DNA of 59,398 bases, the filler included, from Sphacelaria rigidula (taxonomy: Eukaryota), in assembly GCA_964200075.2 (NCBI GenBank). It is 5 parts of 5 records of this genome, joined end to end, with 100 filler letters (N's around TTAATTAATTAA, not from the genome) between each part and the next. Parts side by side here need not be neighbours in the genome. Positions count along the whole stretch, not along the records: positions 11,903 to 23,703 come from CAXNAA020004481.1; positions 23,804 to 35,603 come from CAXNAA020004482.1; 3 more parts are not named here. The stretch is one strand, 5' to 3'. The notes beneath the pieces were generated by a model, which was not told the DNA's origin, ran no database searches, and was given only the letters and a program-made list of their open reading frames with translations. Position 1 is the first letter of the stretch. The number at the start of each line of letters is the position of its first letter. Below, piece by piece: positions 11,903 to 24,019 of the stretch. A program made the position numbers and the translations under genes.

Positions 11903-13625
11903 AAGGAATAGCAGGGACGGTATTAGAAAGGCGAGCCTACGTCTATGACCACGGGTTCGCGAGAGCGGACTAATGTGCGGAAATAATAATAATAATAATA
12001 AATAATAACAAACCGGCTGATCATCGCTTCCGTGACTTTTCTTGGCCGGTTCGGGGGGGGAGGACATCTCGGCCGATGTTTGGTTTTACAGGACTGTCAA
12101 CACCGGTATGACAGTGTCGTACCCTACAGGGCTTGTCGGGCACGGTACGAGGGCCCAACAGAGTACCGGTACCGGCAGTCGGGCAACTATTTCCGGGTAT
12201 ACCCGCCCCTCGGGTTCGGGTAGATGCCATGTAGAGCACTTACAGAAATGTCGGGTACTGGGATGACAGTCTGACAGACTTTACGGAACCAAAACAATGT
12301 TATACCCGGAAAAATACCCCGGGTATGGGTATACAGAAAAACTTTCTTCCTCCCTTCGGAACGATCACGCCTCAAAAATCGCGTTATGATGATTCGAAAG
12401 GGCAGTGATTCGTCCGAACTCGTGTCATATCGCTCTCAGCGTTAGAGGGTTGGAGGATGGTTCAATTTGGAGAATGTATGCTAGCACTCACCACTCCGCA
12501 TGCAGCAAGGATCCATATTGCCCACACCCCAGCAGCCCGAGGTCAACAAGGCGCTCGCTCAAGTTGCATCATTTTTATTCAACTGTTACCGCCAGCTCCA
12601 GAGAGGCACCAACGGCAAGAGCATCAAGGACATGCGAGGCACGAGCGCCCCAACATCCGAACTCCACCCCGTAGGATGTCGTGATTCGAGACACGGTTAC
12701 ATATTCTTGTGATACTTTGCTTCTCCAGTCCCATTTACAGTTTGGCACACCCATATCCTCTGTTCCCCGTACCACAAAAAAATATGTACAGGTAGAGAAA
12801 GCAAGGACAACGTCACACCCCCAAACGGCTCAGGACACCACGAACAGGAGGGGCAGTGGGAAAACCTGGTGATTGCATGAACGAAACTGCCATCTTCCCG
12901 ACTGGCCAATTTTTTTTTCCAACCCACTCAACTCATCGAGACATGCAAACTAACAACCATCAACGCTCAGTACGTGAGACCGGCGCGGTATCATGGATCG
13001 AAACTCCCCCATCCTGCCTGATTCTACTCTTGGAAAGGACGTGATGCAACAGACTAGCAAATCGAAAACCAACAAACTTCCGCGCATGTGTCTCGACAGA
13101 GCCTGCTAGCTATTTCCCACGTGATGGTGACAAGAAACCTGTTGGGACAACTACTTTTTTTCGTACGGACGCGAAAATGACGCCTCTATTTTTATTTGTA
13201 CGTCGTACCCACGAGGTGCTCAGTATTTTGACTCATTTTGCTAGTAAATATCTTGCAGCATCTCCACTTGTTGATACATGGGGAGGCCGGATACGTGTTT
13301 ACCCGATGCGCTTACAACAGCAAAAAAATTGCTACTGAAAACGAATTCGTCCCGCTCAACTCCCCCCACCCAGTCAACACACGTATAATTGGACTCGACA
13401 CATCCACCACACCCATCACATGATGAAGAGTCCATCATACGTCCCTCTCATCAGACTGGACAACCATCCCGTGCTCCTCGCTCGCGGAATATTGAAACAT
13501 CTTACACGTTCCGTCTCGATATCGATATGAAGCAAATAAAAAACATTACTGTCGTTCTAGGTGTGTGCGTCAACCCCAATCGGACGACGCCCTTGAATCT
13601 ATCCGCGGAGTAGGCGATTCCCCGC

Positions 13626-16600
13626 TCAGAGGGCGGTGGTCTGTCGAAACGAGCACCAGGCAGAAATGGCGAACGGGAAGAGGAGGGACGAGGGAGAGCG
13701 GTGGGGATCGGCGGGTAGGAAAGGGAAGCAGAGTTGGATCTCACGTATTCCATCTCGGGAAAAAACTGTAGTTAAATTTTTTGACGCCCTCGACACAAGA
13801 ATACGAGCTGGGCCAGCCCAAAAACGGATTCATGTCTAGTAATTCCTTCGCCCAAGGGAAATAGCGCTGAAACTCCCGACCGATGCATTTCGCGGATGAC
13901 GACGAATTTTGGTGTGGAGAACAACAGAGGAAAGCTGGATGCAAAAAAAAAGTGGGCCTTCGTTTCCTTTCCTCACAAGGGTTTGGGTTCCCGTGTGAAG
14001 AAATGGTCTTGACTGTACCAGAACGACCTACACCAGTGAACTACATGAGAAAAATCAACCTGACTCACTTATTTTTTGTCGTTATATTCTAGAGAGCCCA
14101 CACAAAGTTCCGATACACGAAAAGCAAACATGGGCCGGTGTGTGGCCTGCGATATACTATTCCGAATATCTACAGACCCGGTTTCTGGTGGTCTCATGCT
14201 CTCATACATTCAGAGTTGGACCTTGAAATTTGGTATGGACAAATGAAAAGGGTGTGAAGAAACGGTACCTCCGTACCAAAAGGTATTCTATGTCGAACGC
14301 GGTACACATTTTTTCACAAAGGTGATGTTTTGTCCACGGTGCTGTCGCTCGAAAGTACGTCTCTCACGAGGCTCTCCACGTCTGATACAAGTTCGCTCGT
14401 TACTATACAGAATTAGACGTCTGAGGACAGAATACGCACCTTGACGATCATGGAAGTGACGACGTACGGGTCCATGTTCGACGACGGCCTGCGGTCCTCG
14501 AAGTACCCCTTGCCTTCCCTCTCCACGTCACGCCCGATGCGGACAGAAGCCCCACGGTTCGCCACGCCGTATGAGAACTGGCTGATCGAAGCCGTCTCGT
14601 GGTGGCCCGTCAAGCGGCGCTCGTTACCCTGTTCAAATTCCAAATCATGCAGCATTCATAATTTTGTGGAGGACCACAGACCTCGTGCTCGCATGAGCTG
14701 TGGGGCGACCACCCTCGGAGTTTCACCGTCATCACGACGCAAATTATCGCCTCATCTAGGTCCGAGAGGTTATCCAGACGGGGCTTGCCTCTGCTAAAAT
14801 CCAACTAGAATGTGGACCCACACGATCAGTACGCAAGCTGTGCAGTACTTTACGCATCCAACGGGCATGGTGGGTTCGCAGTTTGCCTGCAATGCCGTGA
14901 CTTCCCAAATATCACAGTTTCCAACACTCAAGTGCATGGCACCGTCTCCGTCACAGCGCACACGGGATGATTGTAAGCAGAAGCACGTCGCGAGGTACCG
15001 GACAAGATTTCAACAGGGGAAAGAAACAACGCCAGTCATGAGGTCGCAGTCGGGGCTGCGCATGAAACCACGCATTCAGGTTATGGACGAGGGTGAACAT
15101 ACCTCGCCGTATGCGGCAATGTGCTCAGCGTGCTTCTCGCCCAGCTTCTCGATCGCCTTGATGATCTCAGCGTAGCCGCCCTGTGGTGTGCGGCATGAGA
15201 GGAACACGGGTGCAAAGATCAGGGGCGGAGACGAAGAGTCCAGATCAAGGCTTGATGGGTTCGGCTGCTTCAAAGTTCCGCCAGGGTATCTACACACCAG
15301 GGCCGAGGAAGAGGTCAGTTCCATGGCCCGGACAGTGACCTCGAAACAAAAAAAACGTAAAAGCGACCTTAGTTCTACTGGCACACACGATCGACGGGCC
15401 CCACGGCGCCCATTACCGTTTTCGAATAATAGTAGCCGATCATGTGAGGATAGCCATCCACTCGGACGACGGATAGCCATCGGCATTACTGGCGGGACAT
15501 CATCCTCTTCAAAACAAAAATGGAAAATTCACCTCCTCGCGCATCGGCTTCGTGGAGTAGTTGGTGTGGCACCCGGCGCCGTTCCAGTCTCCGGGGATGG
15601 GCTTGGGGTCCAAGGAGCACACCACACCGAACTGCTCACACACACGGTACAGCAGGTACCGGGACAGCCAAAGCTCATCGCCGGAAGCGATACCGGTGCA
15701 CGGGCCCACCTGGTGATCGGGAAGTTGGTTCTCGGGGTCAGATCCACGATGGGAAAATATGAGATGGGGGAAGAGTGTTACGTTGTGGAATTGTCGTTCG
15801 AACACGACGAGCCCACCACACACGCGTCATGCTTCTAGTGCTCACTGTTGATTCTTAGATTCCCTCCTCTCCTCAACGTCCTGTTGGGGGACCAAGCACG
15901 CGTGCAACGCTCTGTGCCTCATTTCAGGCGTTGTTTGTCATGCCCACCAGTGGTGGAAAATAGGACGAAAGCCCTCTCTCCGTGGGTGAAGAGGGCCGAG
16001 TCTGCTCTGCGATACCAGCACTGTACGGAAACGTGTTTTATCGATAAATTTCCCTCACCTGGTATTCCCATTGGCCGGGCATGACCTCCCCGTTGGTTCC
16101 AGAGATGGTCACCCCTGCGTAAAGGCACGCCTTGTAGTGTGCCTCCATGATGTGACGGCCGAAGGCGTTCTCGTACCCGATTGAGCAGTAGTACGGGCCC
16201 TGCGCACGCGGGGTTGGGGAGTTGTTGGGACATGGGACAACTGGTGGGTCACACCGATGTGCATAGCTACCGTATTTCCCTCAGGACCGCGGCCTCTGGC
16301 CGAGGAAGGGAATTGGTTCGAAGTGCGACAAGAAAAAAGTTCAAAGACTGATGGACACGCCCGTCTCGGCACTCGACTCACACGCGACTGACTACAGTGT
16401 ACACGGAGCATCATTACCCACACTGACCTGAGCTCCAGGGTAGCCGCCCTTGGGCCATCCGAAGGGGGTTCGGCCGTCCGCCTCGAACAGGGTGTACTCC
16501 TGCTCGATACCAAACCACGGTACGAGGTCCTTCGCCTGATCTCGAAACGAAGTTGGGCACGAGAAAAAAAAGGCGAACGATTCAAATAGGAGCCGGCATC

Positions 16601-19362
16601 GAAGTGCGTTTTACACGAGGAATGAAATGAGTAGTGAGCGATGGATCACACAGTGCATCACACGCGGCGTCACGTCTCCGCGTACAGGACTCGTGATGGT
16701 GCGTGTTCATCTCAAAACACCACCGCTCACGTGATCGAGGACGACATGTTCACATTATTTCGGTCCTCACTGCGTAACGAAAACTCAACCGACCTTCTCC
16801 ATAATCTCGGCGGCTTCCTTGCGGGTGTTACCGTCGAGCGGGGTGCCGTCGGGCTTGTAGCAGTCGCACAGGACCATGATGTTTTCGCCGCCACGGAACG
16901 GGTCCGGGTATATCGCCTGCGGGTAGATGATCACCTCCGAGTCCTCGCCGGGTGCCTGGCCCGTGGACGAACCGTCGAAGTTCCACCGGGGCCTGCGTGT
17001 GGTGGTTAAATGAGAGACGGGAGTTGGTGGATGATGACAAATTTTCCAGTCGCCCTACCTACTTCAGGGTACATACACGTCTCGGAAGTTTCTTGCGGAC
17101 AGTTCTCCTCAGGGTCGTACCCCACTTTCGAGACATCTGACTCTGTTGTTGGGCCTCGGATAGGGGATATGGCCATCACGCTTCTCAAAACACTCCACGT
17201 GCCGCCCTACGTATGGTGGTTAAATGAGAGACGGGAGTTGGTGGATGATGACAAATTTTCCAGTCGCTTCACCTACTTCGGGGTACATACACGTCTCGGA
17301 AGTTTCTTGCCGACAGTTCTCCTCAGGGTCGTACCCCGCTTCCGAGACATTTAACTCTGTTGTTGGGCCTCGGACAGGGGATATGGCCATCACGCTTCTG
17401 AAACACTTCACGTGCCGCCTCACCCCGAAGAGTTTACTCCACTTGACAGATTGGCTTGGCTTGGCTTCGAGATTCCAAGAACGACTTTTGACCTAAAAAT
17501 ACGACAAAAAAAAACTGTTGCTTTCCTGGGTACGAGCATATTTGGAAATGACATCCGCGGTCAAGTCAAAGATTCATCTCAGCAACTCAAGGGTTGCTCA
17601 TCAGACCGCCACGCGGTCAAGTCCGAGAATGTCAGTAAATGACGTCCTCCACAAGCCTTTTGCAAAAAAATGACCTCATGTGCTCGACTCGTGCCCTCCA
17701 GTACACTGGACTGCGGTGGTGGTGGCTGAAGAGTCACGCGTGTGGGGTGTACATGGTTCGTGAACAGGTGGTATCTGGCGTGGTGATCTGCAAGGTGGGA
17801 GCCAAGTTCCCCTTGGTTCCTCTCCGCCCAGTGCCCTTTCATCCAAATGGCCAAGGCCGTGTCTCACCGAATCAAGAAATACGAGGGTGACTGAAAACGG
17901 GCGTTCGAAAGGGTCATGGGAGATTTGTTGCCGCAAACATACCCGTCCAGGCATTGTTGGAAGTCAGCCGAGAGCATGAATGACATCGAGCGTCCAGATG
18001 GAACAGAAAAATTCAGCGCTCTTCTTCAATCAGAAGAAATGTGAGTAGACCAACCGTGCGCAAACAGACGCGATTCTGCGGGATAATCAAACATTCGACG
18101 ACATTGGCACCCGGATTTCATGACTAACCGAAACGGTTCTCGATGGACTGATCATTCATTTGCTGGCGGCAAGTTACATATTATCGGATGCGTGAGCGTG
18201 CCATCCTGAGCGATCCTGCACACTGTAGTAAAATTTCCAAGTATCCGAGATAGTCCAGTAACGGCACTGCCGCGGACCGAACCTCACATTGGCCGTAACA
18301 GTGTGAAATAGCGGTGCTTAAGCGGGAAGACCATGAAAATGTTCACGGTGCCACTGGACTTGACCCATGTGCACCTGCACTGAAACCGACATCCCCTCAT
18401 AGCGACATGTTGAGATCCGCGTCGGATGGACACTGTCGTCTGCCCAAACCAGGTCGAGGTACTCTACATGAGCATACCGTACTGGTGCACGGGGATAAAA
18501 ATGACGACCCCCTCCCCCCACCCCCCCTCCGAGGGCGGTGGGGACTAGACGGCGGTCCTTGTGTCAAAAATGTCCAACCCTTACAACAGGAGTAGAACTG
18601 CGGGCAGACAGCATACACGTGTCACTCTTGAGGGAGAACACGTCACATGGGTACGCATGCCGATTTGTCGCGTTTGCCATGATAAACGAGCGTAGGGGCT
18701 GTTTGGAGTTCGTTCTTAGAGTGCTTCGAAAGACTGGCCCGTACTCTTCGTACAATTTTCCATCGTCTCAAATCAGTACATTTGAAGACAGGCGACTCCA
18801 GACGACTCTAGACAATACGCGAGAGTGCCGAGATCAGCACTGGACGCAAATTTCAGAGGTGAAGAACGTCAGAAACGCAGCGTCCGCCTCTTCGTCCGTC
18901 GGTGTCGCTGGTACTCTATTCCTGTAACAGGGGTGGTGATTTCATCGAAGCATCAGCTATCACGCATGTATTGGCGCCATGTAGTGAGTTCGGTTGTGGA
19001 TGGTATTCTTGGGTGACCCATCGCAGGTTGGTCTTCACTGGAGGCTTGTTGATGTATTTGGCGGGATCATCATTGCCCGTGTTTCTAGTGGGTTAGCCAA
19101 GAAGGTTGAGGATTCTAACGACAACCACGATTAATAACCCCCATGCGCATCAAGTCAACATTTCCGGAGCGACAAGAACTCACAGATCGGCGACGGACTC
19201 TGGCTTCTTCGCGAATGTGCGAGTCTTGCAACGCAAGTCCTGGCCAGATCCGCCGATCCAGATGTATTCGGCCATGATCTTGCCGTTTTGGGGGAGCTTG
19301 CGGAATTCCGCGAGCACCTCATCGGAGAGCTGGGTGTGCGACGAGAAGGCAGTGTTCACCAT
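13626..19362 (-). CDS. GLN1: Glutamine synthetase type II, probably cytosolic; complete, 8 coding exons, 361 aa
   Basis: Exons 19362-19184, 16992-16794, 16535-16428, 16199-16059, 15709-15533, 15180-15103, 14628-14440 and 13640-13626. All introns are GT-AG with matching phases; total 1086 nt. Motifs: [88 protein letters not shown]; ends TTAL*. Confidence 0.96.
16993..17423. repeat. Tandem ~214-bp duplication at the 3' end of GS intron 1
   Basis: 16993-17206 and 17207-17419 are near-identical (e.g. GGTGGTTAAATGAGAGACGGGAGTTGGTGGATGATGACAAATTTTCCAGTCGC). Confidence 0.95.
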
Positions 19363-21199
19363 GATTTGAAGCGCTTTTTTTGCGCTAAGATTGACCTGTA
19401 CACGGGCGAGGCGGTGTAAAGTGGTACACGTGGAAGGACGAGGGGGTGACGCATCAGTCGGGGTGTAGGGGGGGGGGCAAGGTTTTTTCAAGCCTGGTTG
19501 GTTCCACTATTCTTGCTCTTCCCTCGTCATGAAAAGCGGGGACAAAATGTTGTGTGATGACTAGTTGAGGAGCGACAGGGTGAAAAATATGTGCCTACAT
19601 GTGCATCGATGACACCCGACAAAAATGTCCCCACAGTTGCAGATTTGGTACCAAAGAACGTCAAGAGTAGTGAGAGTTTAGTACAGGACAGTACAGTGAA
19701 AATTATCAATTTCATCACCTTCTCGGAACAGGGGATGAGTCGGAAGAGCAAGTTTCATGCGAGCCAGTCTGCGTGAGAAAGTGAACATGGAAGGTCAATT
19801 ACACAAGAGCCGAGACTCGGCATTGCACAAAAAAAGCACCATTCCTTGACTGGGCGGCGTGAAACGCAGCCCTGGCGGCCAACACAAGACCCGTCTCGAG
19901 ATCTCTGTAGGCAATATTAGGGAGACGGACCCCTGGCGAGAACAAACGAGATGCTAAGCACTGTAGACGGGTCAACGCTCCCGTCATCAGGTGATACTTC
20001 GTGTGTACATATCCTGGTTCAAAACATGCCGCTTTTCGGACTACAAGTAGGAGCGACAAAAAAAAGCGGAGAGTTTCCTCCACTGTGAGATTTTTGTCAC
20101 AAAAAATGGAACGTCATCAAAGAGAAACGATAGCCAGATCTAACGTCGCCCCCCGAAAACTGCTTTGGAAGGCACACGTCGCAGACGTAGCGCATACGTT
20201 GTGACACCAGGAAAGGGCATTTGCATGTCCAAGGCAGGGCGTTGGTTCGGCTGGCGCCAAGAGGTGTCTCTTTGCTGGGTTGGGGTAAAGGATACACAAT
20301 CAATTTTGTTTTTCCCTGCGTGAAAACGACACGTTCGGGGGGCGAAGCAGTCAACACTCAAATATCGACACATCAACCCCGGGAATATAAGCGAGCAACC
20401 TGCCGACATCCGTGAAGAGGGTTCTACTGCAAATACGAAGGGGAACGACAGTGCCTCGCAGCAAGTCCAGGGTGCGTTGGACCCGTGGCTTCCAGTCGGA
20501 TGCTTTTCGTTACGCTCTCCCCAACGTTGTCGGACCTCCGTTTGAGTTCAGCGAAGAGTCACAAATACATACGTTTGTCCATACTCACGGAACCATTTCA
20601 AGAGGTTTGATACGTTCATACGCCCAATATACATAGCAGCGACATCACACCGCACGCATGCATCAAACGTGTCCACAAGACAAGACGCTGAAACAATTGT
20701 GCTCTCCTCACTTCATAGAAGAACTACAGGCTACGAGGGTACAGAAGCTGCAAGACGGGATCGCAGTGGGTAGCATACCAAGTCATCATGTATCCTACGG
20801 CACTCACTTTATCCTTGCTTGAGGCTATGTAGAGTTGTTGTGTCTGTCGGAGGGGGGGGGGTGATGTTTCCAAGGCAGAAGAAACAAAAAAAAAAACATA
20901 GCCATCGAAAACGCCTCTGCAAATCCTTGAAATGACGTCATGATCGCAGCGGGACGTTTTCGCCATTTCTTGGTTACTGCTGGAGTGGGAGGGAGCGATC
21001 GGCTCTATCTCCATTAGTCCGGATGGTCGCCAGTGGCACCGGATCCTCTGGGGTTACTGAATATCTTCAGTTACCTTTTTCATCACATGTGACGACGGAA
21101 GGCGTTTACATACGAGAGTTACGAGGTACTGCGAACGCAGCAACAACAATCATGAGAACAAACTACACCAAAAACTTGACAGTAACACAGGTACCCTGT

Positions 21200-21566
21200 G
21201 TTGTGCGTGTATTATCGTCCCATTTATCCTGGACGCCAGTTTACACCTGTCGGTAATATATCTGGACCAGCCGGGGTCATACAGAAGGAAGGTCAACACA
21301 GGAGCTTTTTATTTTTGGTTGTTTCAAGTACTGCACGTTCCTTCTACGGTGCTTGCCTATTTATTTTTTATCGCGAGAGGGGTTCAGCAATTCCTTTGCC
21401 TCGTCGACCATCAAGACGAATTTTGTGTACCCACAACATAGTCGATCTCCACTGTACTGTTGGGCATGGTGTGAGAAAAAATTCCAGATCGCTCGGAAGA
21501 TTTGAACCCGCAATCGAACCGTCAGGAGGTCCTGAGGTTACCAACTGAACCACCAGGGCGACCGGC
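21200..21566 (-). mobile_element. tRNA-derived SINE
   Basis: The minus-strand head reads CCGGTCGCCCTGGTGGTTCAGTTGGTAACC...GCGGGTTCAAATC, with Pol III A box (TGGTTCAGTTGG) and B box (GGTTCAAATC). The body recurs at 8610-8845. Confidence 0.8.
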
Positions 21567-21782
21567 TGCTACCCTAATACAGTACCTGAAATCAGAACAA
21601 AAGTAAGCTGTGTTTTTGCCACTGAACCTACGTAAGCATAACCACATCAGTCCACATGCCAGGGACATGTCCTCTGCCGGATAATAATAGCAGGTGTGAT
21701 TGTCAACTGTATCCCGCATCCTGATATCACGGATCCTGTGAGGGGTTCCTCTAGCAATCCATACGCCGTATTTTGGCTCATT

Positions 21783-21907
21783 TAGAGTTTCAGAAAACAA
21801 AAATAGGCCACAAAAACCCAGGGATAAAACTGTTTGATCGAATTTTGGTGAGAAGACGCAAACTATCCCTGAGTTTTTGGCTCAAAATCTTGTTTTCCGA
21901 AACTCTA
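21783..21907. repeat. Small foldback/MITE with 44-bp arms
   Basis: TAGAGTTTCAGAAAACAA...AAAAACCCAGGGATA (21783-21826) pairs with the reverse complement of 21864-21907. Confidence 0.7.
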
Positions 21908-23401
21908 CAAATTATGCCGCCCGTCGCAATGACTGTGCGCATATGTTTGAGTTTGACGATTTCAGCATCAGAGGTGTCATCAACCCAGCTCTTGATTCGA
22001 GTGTGTACACATGATATCTGGATCTTTGCTGAACTCCAGTGCCCAACGTGCCCCTGCTGGATATCCCGTATACAACACTAGTATGTTCCGATCGCGACCC
22101 CTGTCCTGTGTCTAGGCCAATTGTCTCCTTGTCTTCCTCCAACTTGAAATACCCTTAGACCGCGACAAACCGCGAGGGTATTTTATCTGGATCTTGATCA
22201 TCGATATTTTTTTCGAGTAAATTTGATTCCGGAGAAACGGACTACCTATTCTCGCTGTCTAACTGTTCATTTAACTCAACCCTTGACCCCCAGCGAGGCA
22301 TTGGTTATCTGTTGAATCGGAATCCCTTTCGCTCGAAAAAAATCAGCTTCCGACTCAGATTACCTACCCTCTTGACCGCGAGAGAGGGTTGGTCCCGTGC
22401 GGAATCGGCATCAATTTTACTTGGAGAAAGTATACGCGATCCAGATGGACTACTGAAATGAGCTTTATACAGGCAGGTTTCGAACTTCGGCCTGTGTACA
22501 GGTGATTTTACGCCTGGATGTTGTTCCCGCATATATGGCGGAGCATGAGATCACACACCGGCAGAACAGCAATATTCCGCGAATATACTCCAGGGTGATA
22601 CTCGTACTCGTTCAGATTTTGTGGCCGTTTGGACAGCCAATTTCATTGTCAGCGCGGACGACGGCCGGCGCCAGCACCTCCCGTCCGTCAAACAACGGCG
22701 GCGGTGATCAGTCAGCGACGCACAATTTCACGCTGTCCGTGTAGTATAACGATAGCTAAACCACACCACATCGTGGATATATCGATTGTCTGGTCTGGTC
22801 ATCGTAGCGAACAATTGAACAAGTTAACAAGTTCACATTGCTCTCGCATGTAATGCTTCACCACATCATCAACGTACCGATTCTCTGATCAGTCCGGTCG
22901 TCTTGGGCTGCCACGTGTCCGCAGCGTGCTCGTTTCGTGTGCCAGTCATCCTCCCTCAGCACGAACTACTGTATCTATCTTCATCTCGCGGAACAACCTC
23001 AATACTCGTGAACACAGAGCTAGACTACTGCCATTTACGGAAAACCAAACGACAACAGAGGTGAACTTGAGCGAAGGCATTGAGAATAATCAGTAGATCA
23101 TCAGTCGTTCAAAGAAAAAACAACGTTACATTTCTCCCGTCGCGAGCTCGATCGCATTTCGTACGTAACAACAGCACCCATCGGTTGCTAGTTTACACCT
23201 GTCGTGAAAGTACATAATTCATGCGGCTTTGCAATAGAGGGCCCACATGAAAAGACAGCAGGAGCATGAGGATTGCCAGATTGCCAAGCATGCTTCAGCA
23301 CAAGCTTCCCCTGGGAAGCAAGAAGGGGAAAAAAAAATGCACCGCAGAGAAACACGGTAGGCTCCCTTCTCGATCACAAGAAACGTACACTGACTTCATG
23401 G

Positions 23402-23557
23402 TCATGATACAGGCTCCTTCTCTTTCTCGGTGGCCAACAACGATGCAATTGTCCCCGTCGGTAACTTCTTATTCGCGAAGAGAGTAGTGTACGGGTCGTA
23501 ATCGTTGCCCTCCACGGCGATTCGCTTGTAGTGCTCTCCTAACGTTGTGGTACCAAA
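23402..23557 (-). CDS. Possible terminal exon of an unidentified gene cut by the contig end
   Basis: Acceptor TTTCACCAG followed by 52 codons, [51 protein letters not shown]. No family recognised. Confidence 0.4.
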   Translation of the reverse strand, partial: FGTTTLGEHYKRIAVEGNDYDPYTTLFANKKLPTGTIASLLATEKEKEPVS

Positions 23558-23620
23558 CTGGTGAAATTGAATGGCAAAATGGGGAGAGTGGCGGCGGCGA
23601 CGGGGGGAAAAGAGAGCGCG

Positions 23621-23656
<36 letters not shown>

Positions 23657-23877
23657 CCCCCCACCCGGCGGGGGGGGGGAAAGACAGGAAAAAAAGGACA
23701 AGCNNNNNNNNNNNNNNNNNNNNNNNNNNNNNNNNNNNNNNNNNNNNTTAATTAATTAANNNNNNNNNNNNNNNNNNNNNNNNNNNNNNNNNNNNNNNNN
23801 NNNCCGGATATTCCAAAGAAAATTTCTGAATCTTTTCTTCGAGCTGGTTTGTAAAAATTGGTATTTCAATTTTTGTA

Positions 23878-24019
23878 GCATGAAGAAAAGCTGTCTGTGA
23901 GGTCTCGTTTTTTTTTTTTCATGAGTTAAGGGGAATAATCAGTTTCGAGGGTTTAGTAAAATGTCCTTAACTCATGAAAAAAAAAACTTCGGGACCTCAC
24001 AGACAGCTTTTCTTCATGC
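23878..24019. repeat. Near-perfect hairpin with ~54-bp arms (MITE core)
   Basis: GCATGAAGAAAAGCTGTCTGTGAGGTC..T-run..CATGAGTTAAGG (23878-23931) pairs with 23965-24019. Confidence 0.8.

Noticed and set aside
14152..14192. Alternative GS last exon (TTRNRV..)
   Set aside because: It has a poor GAG acceptor inside a MITE fragment. The 13640-13626 exon has a pyrimidine tract, CAG and the expected TTxL* end.
15188..15838. 216-aa + strand ORF and similar ORFs (e.g. 30386-31042)
   Set aside because: These are antisense shadows of GS and MCM3 exons and introns, with no independent coding signal.
21480..21566. Functional tRNA gene
   Set aside because: There is no clean cloverleaf or acceptor stem, and it continues into a dispersed repeat body, so it is a SINE head.
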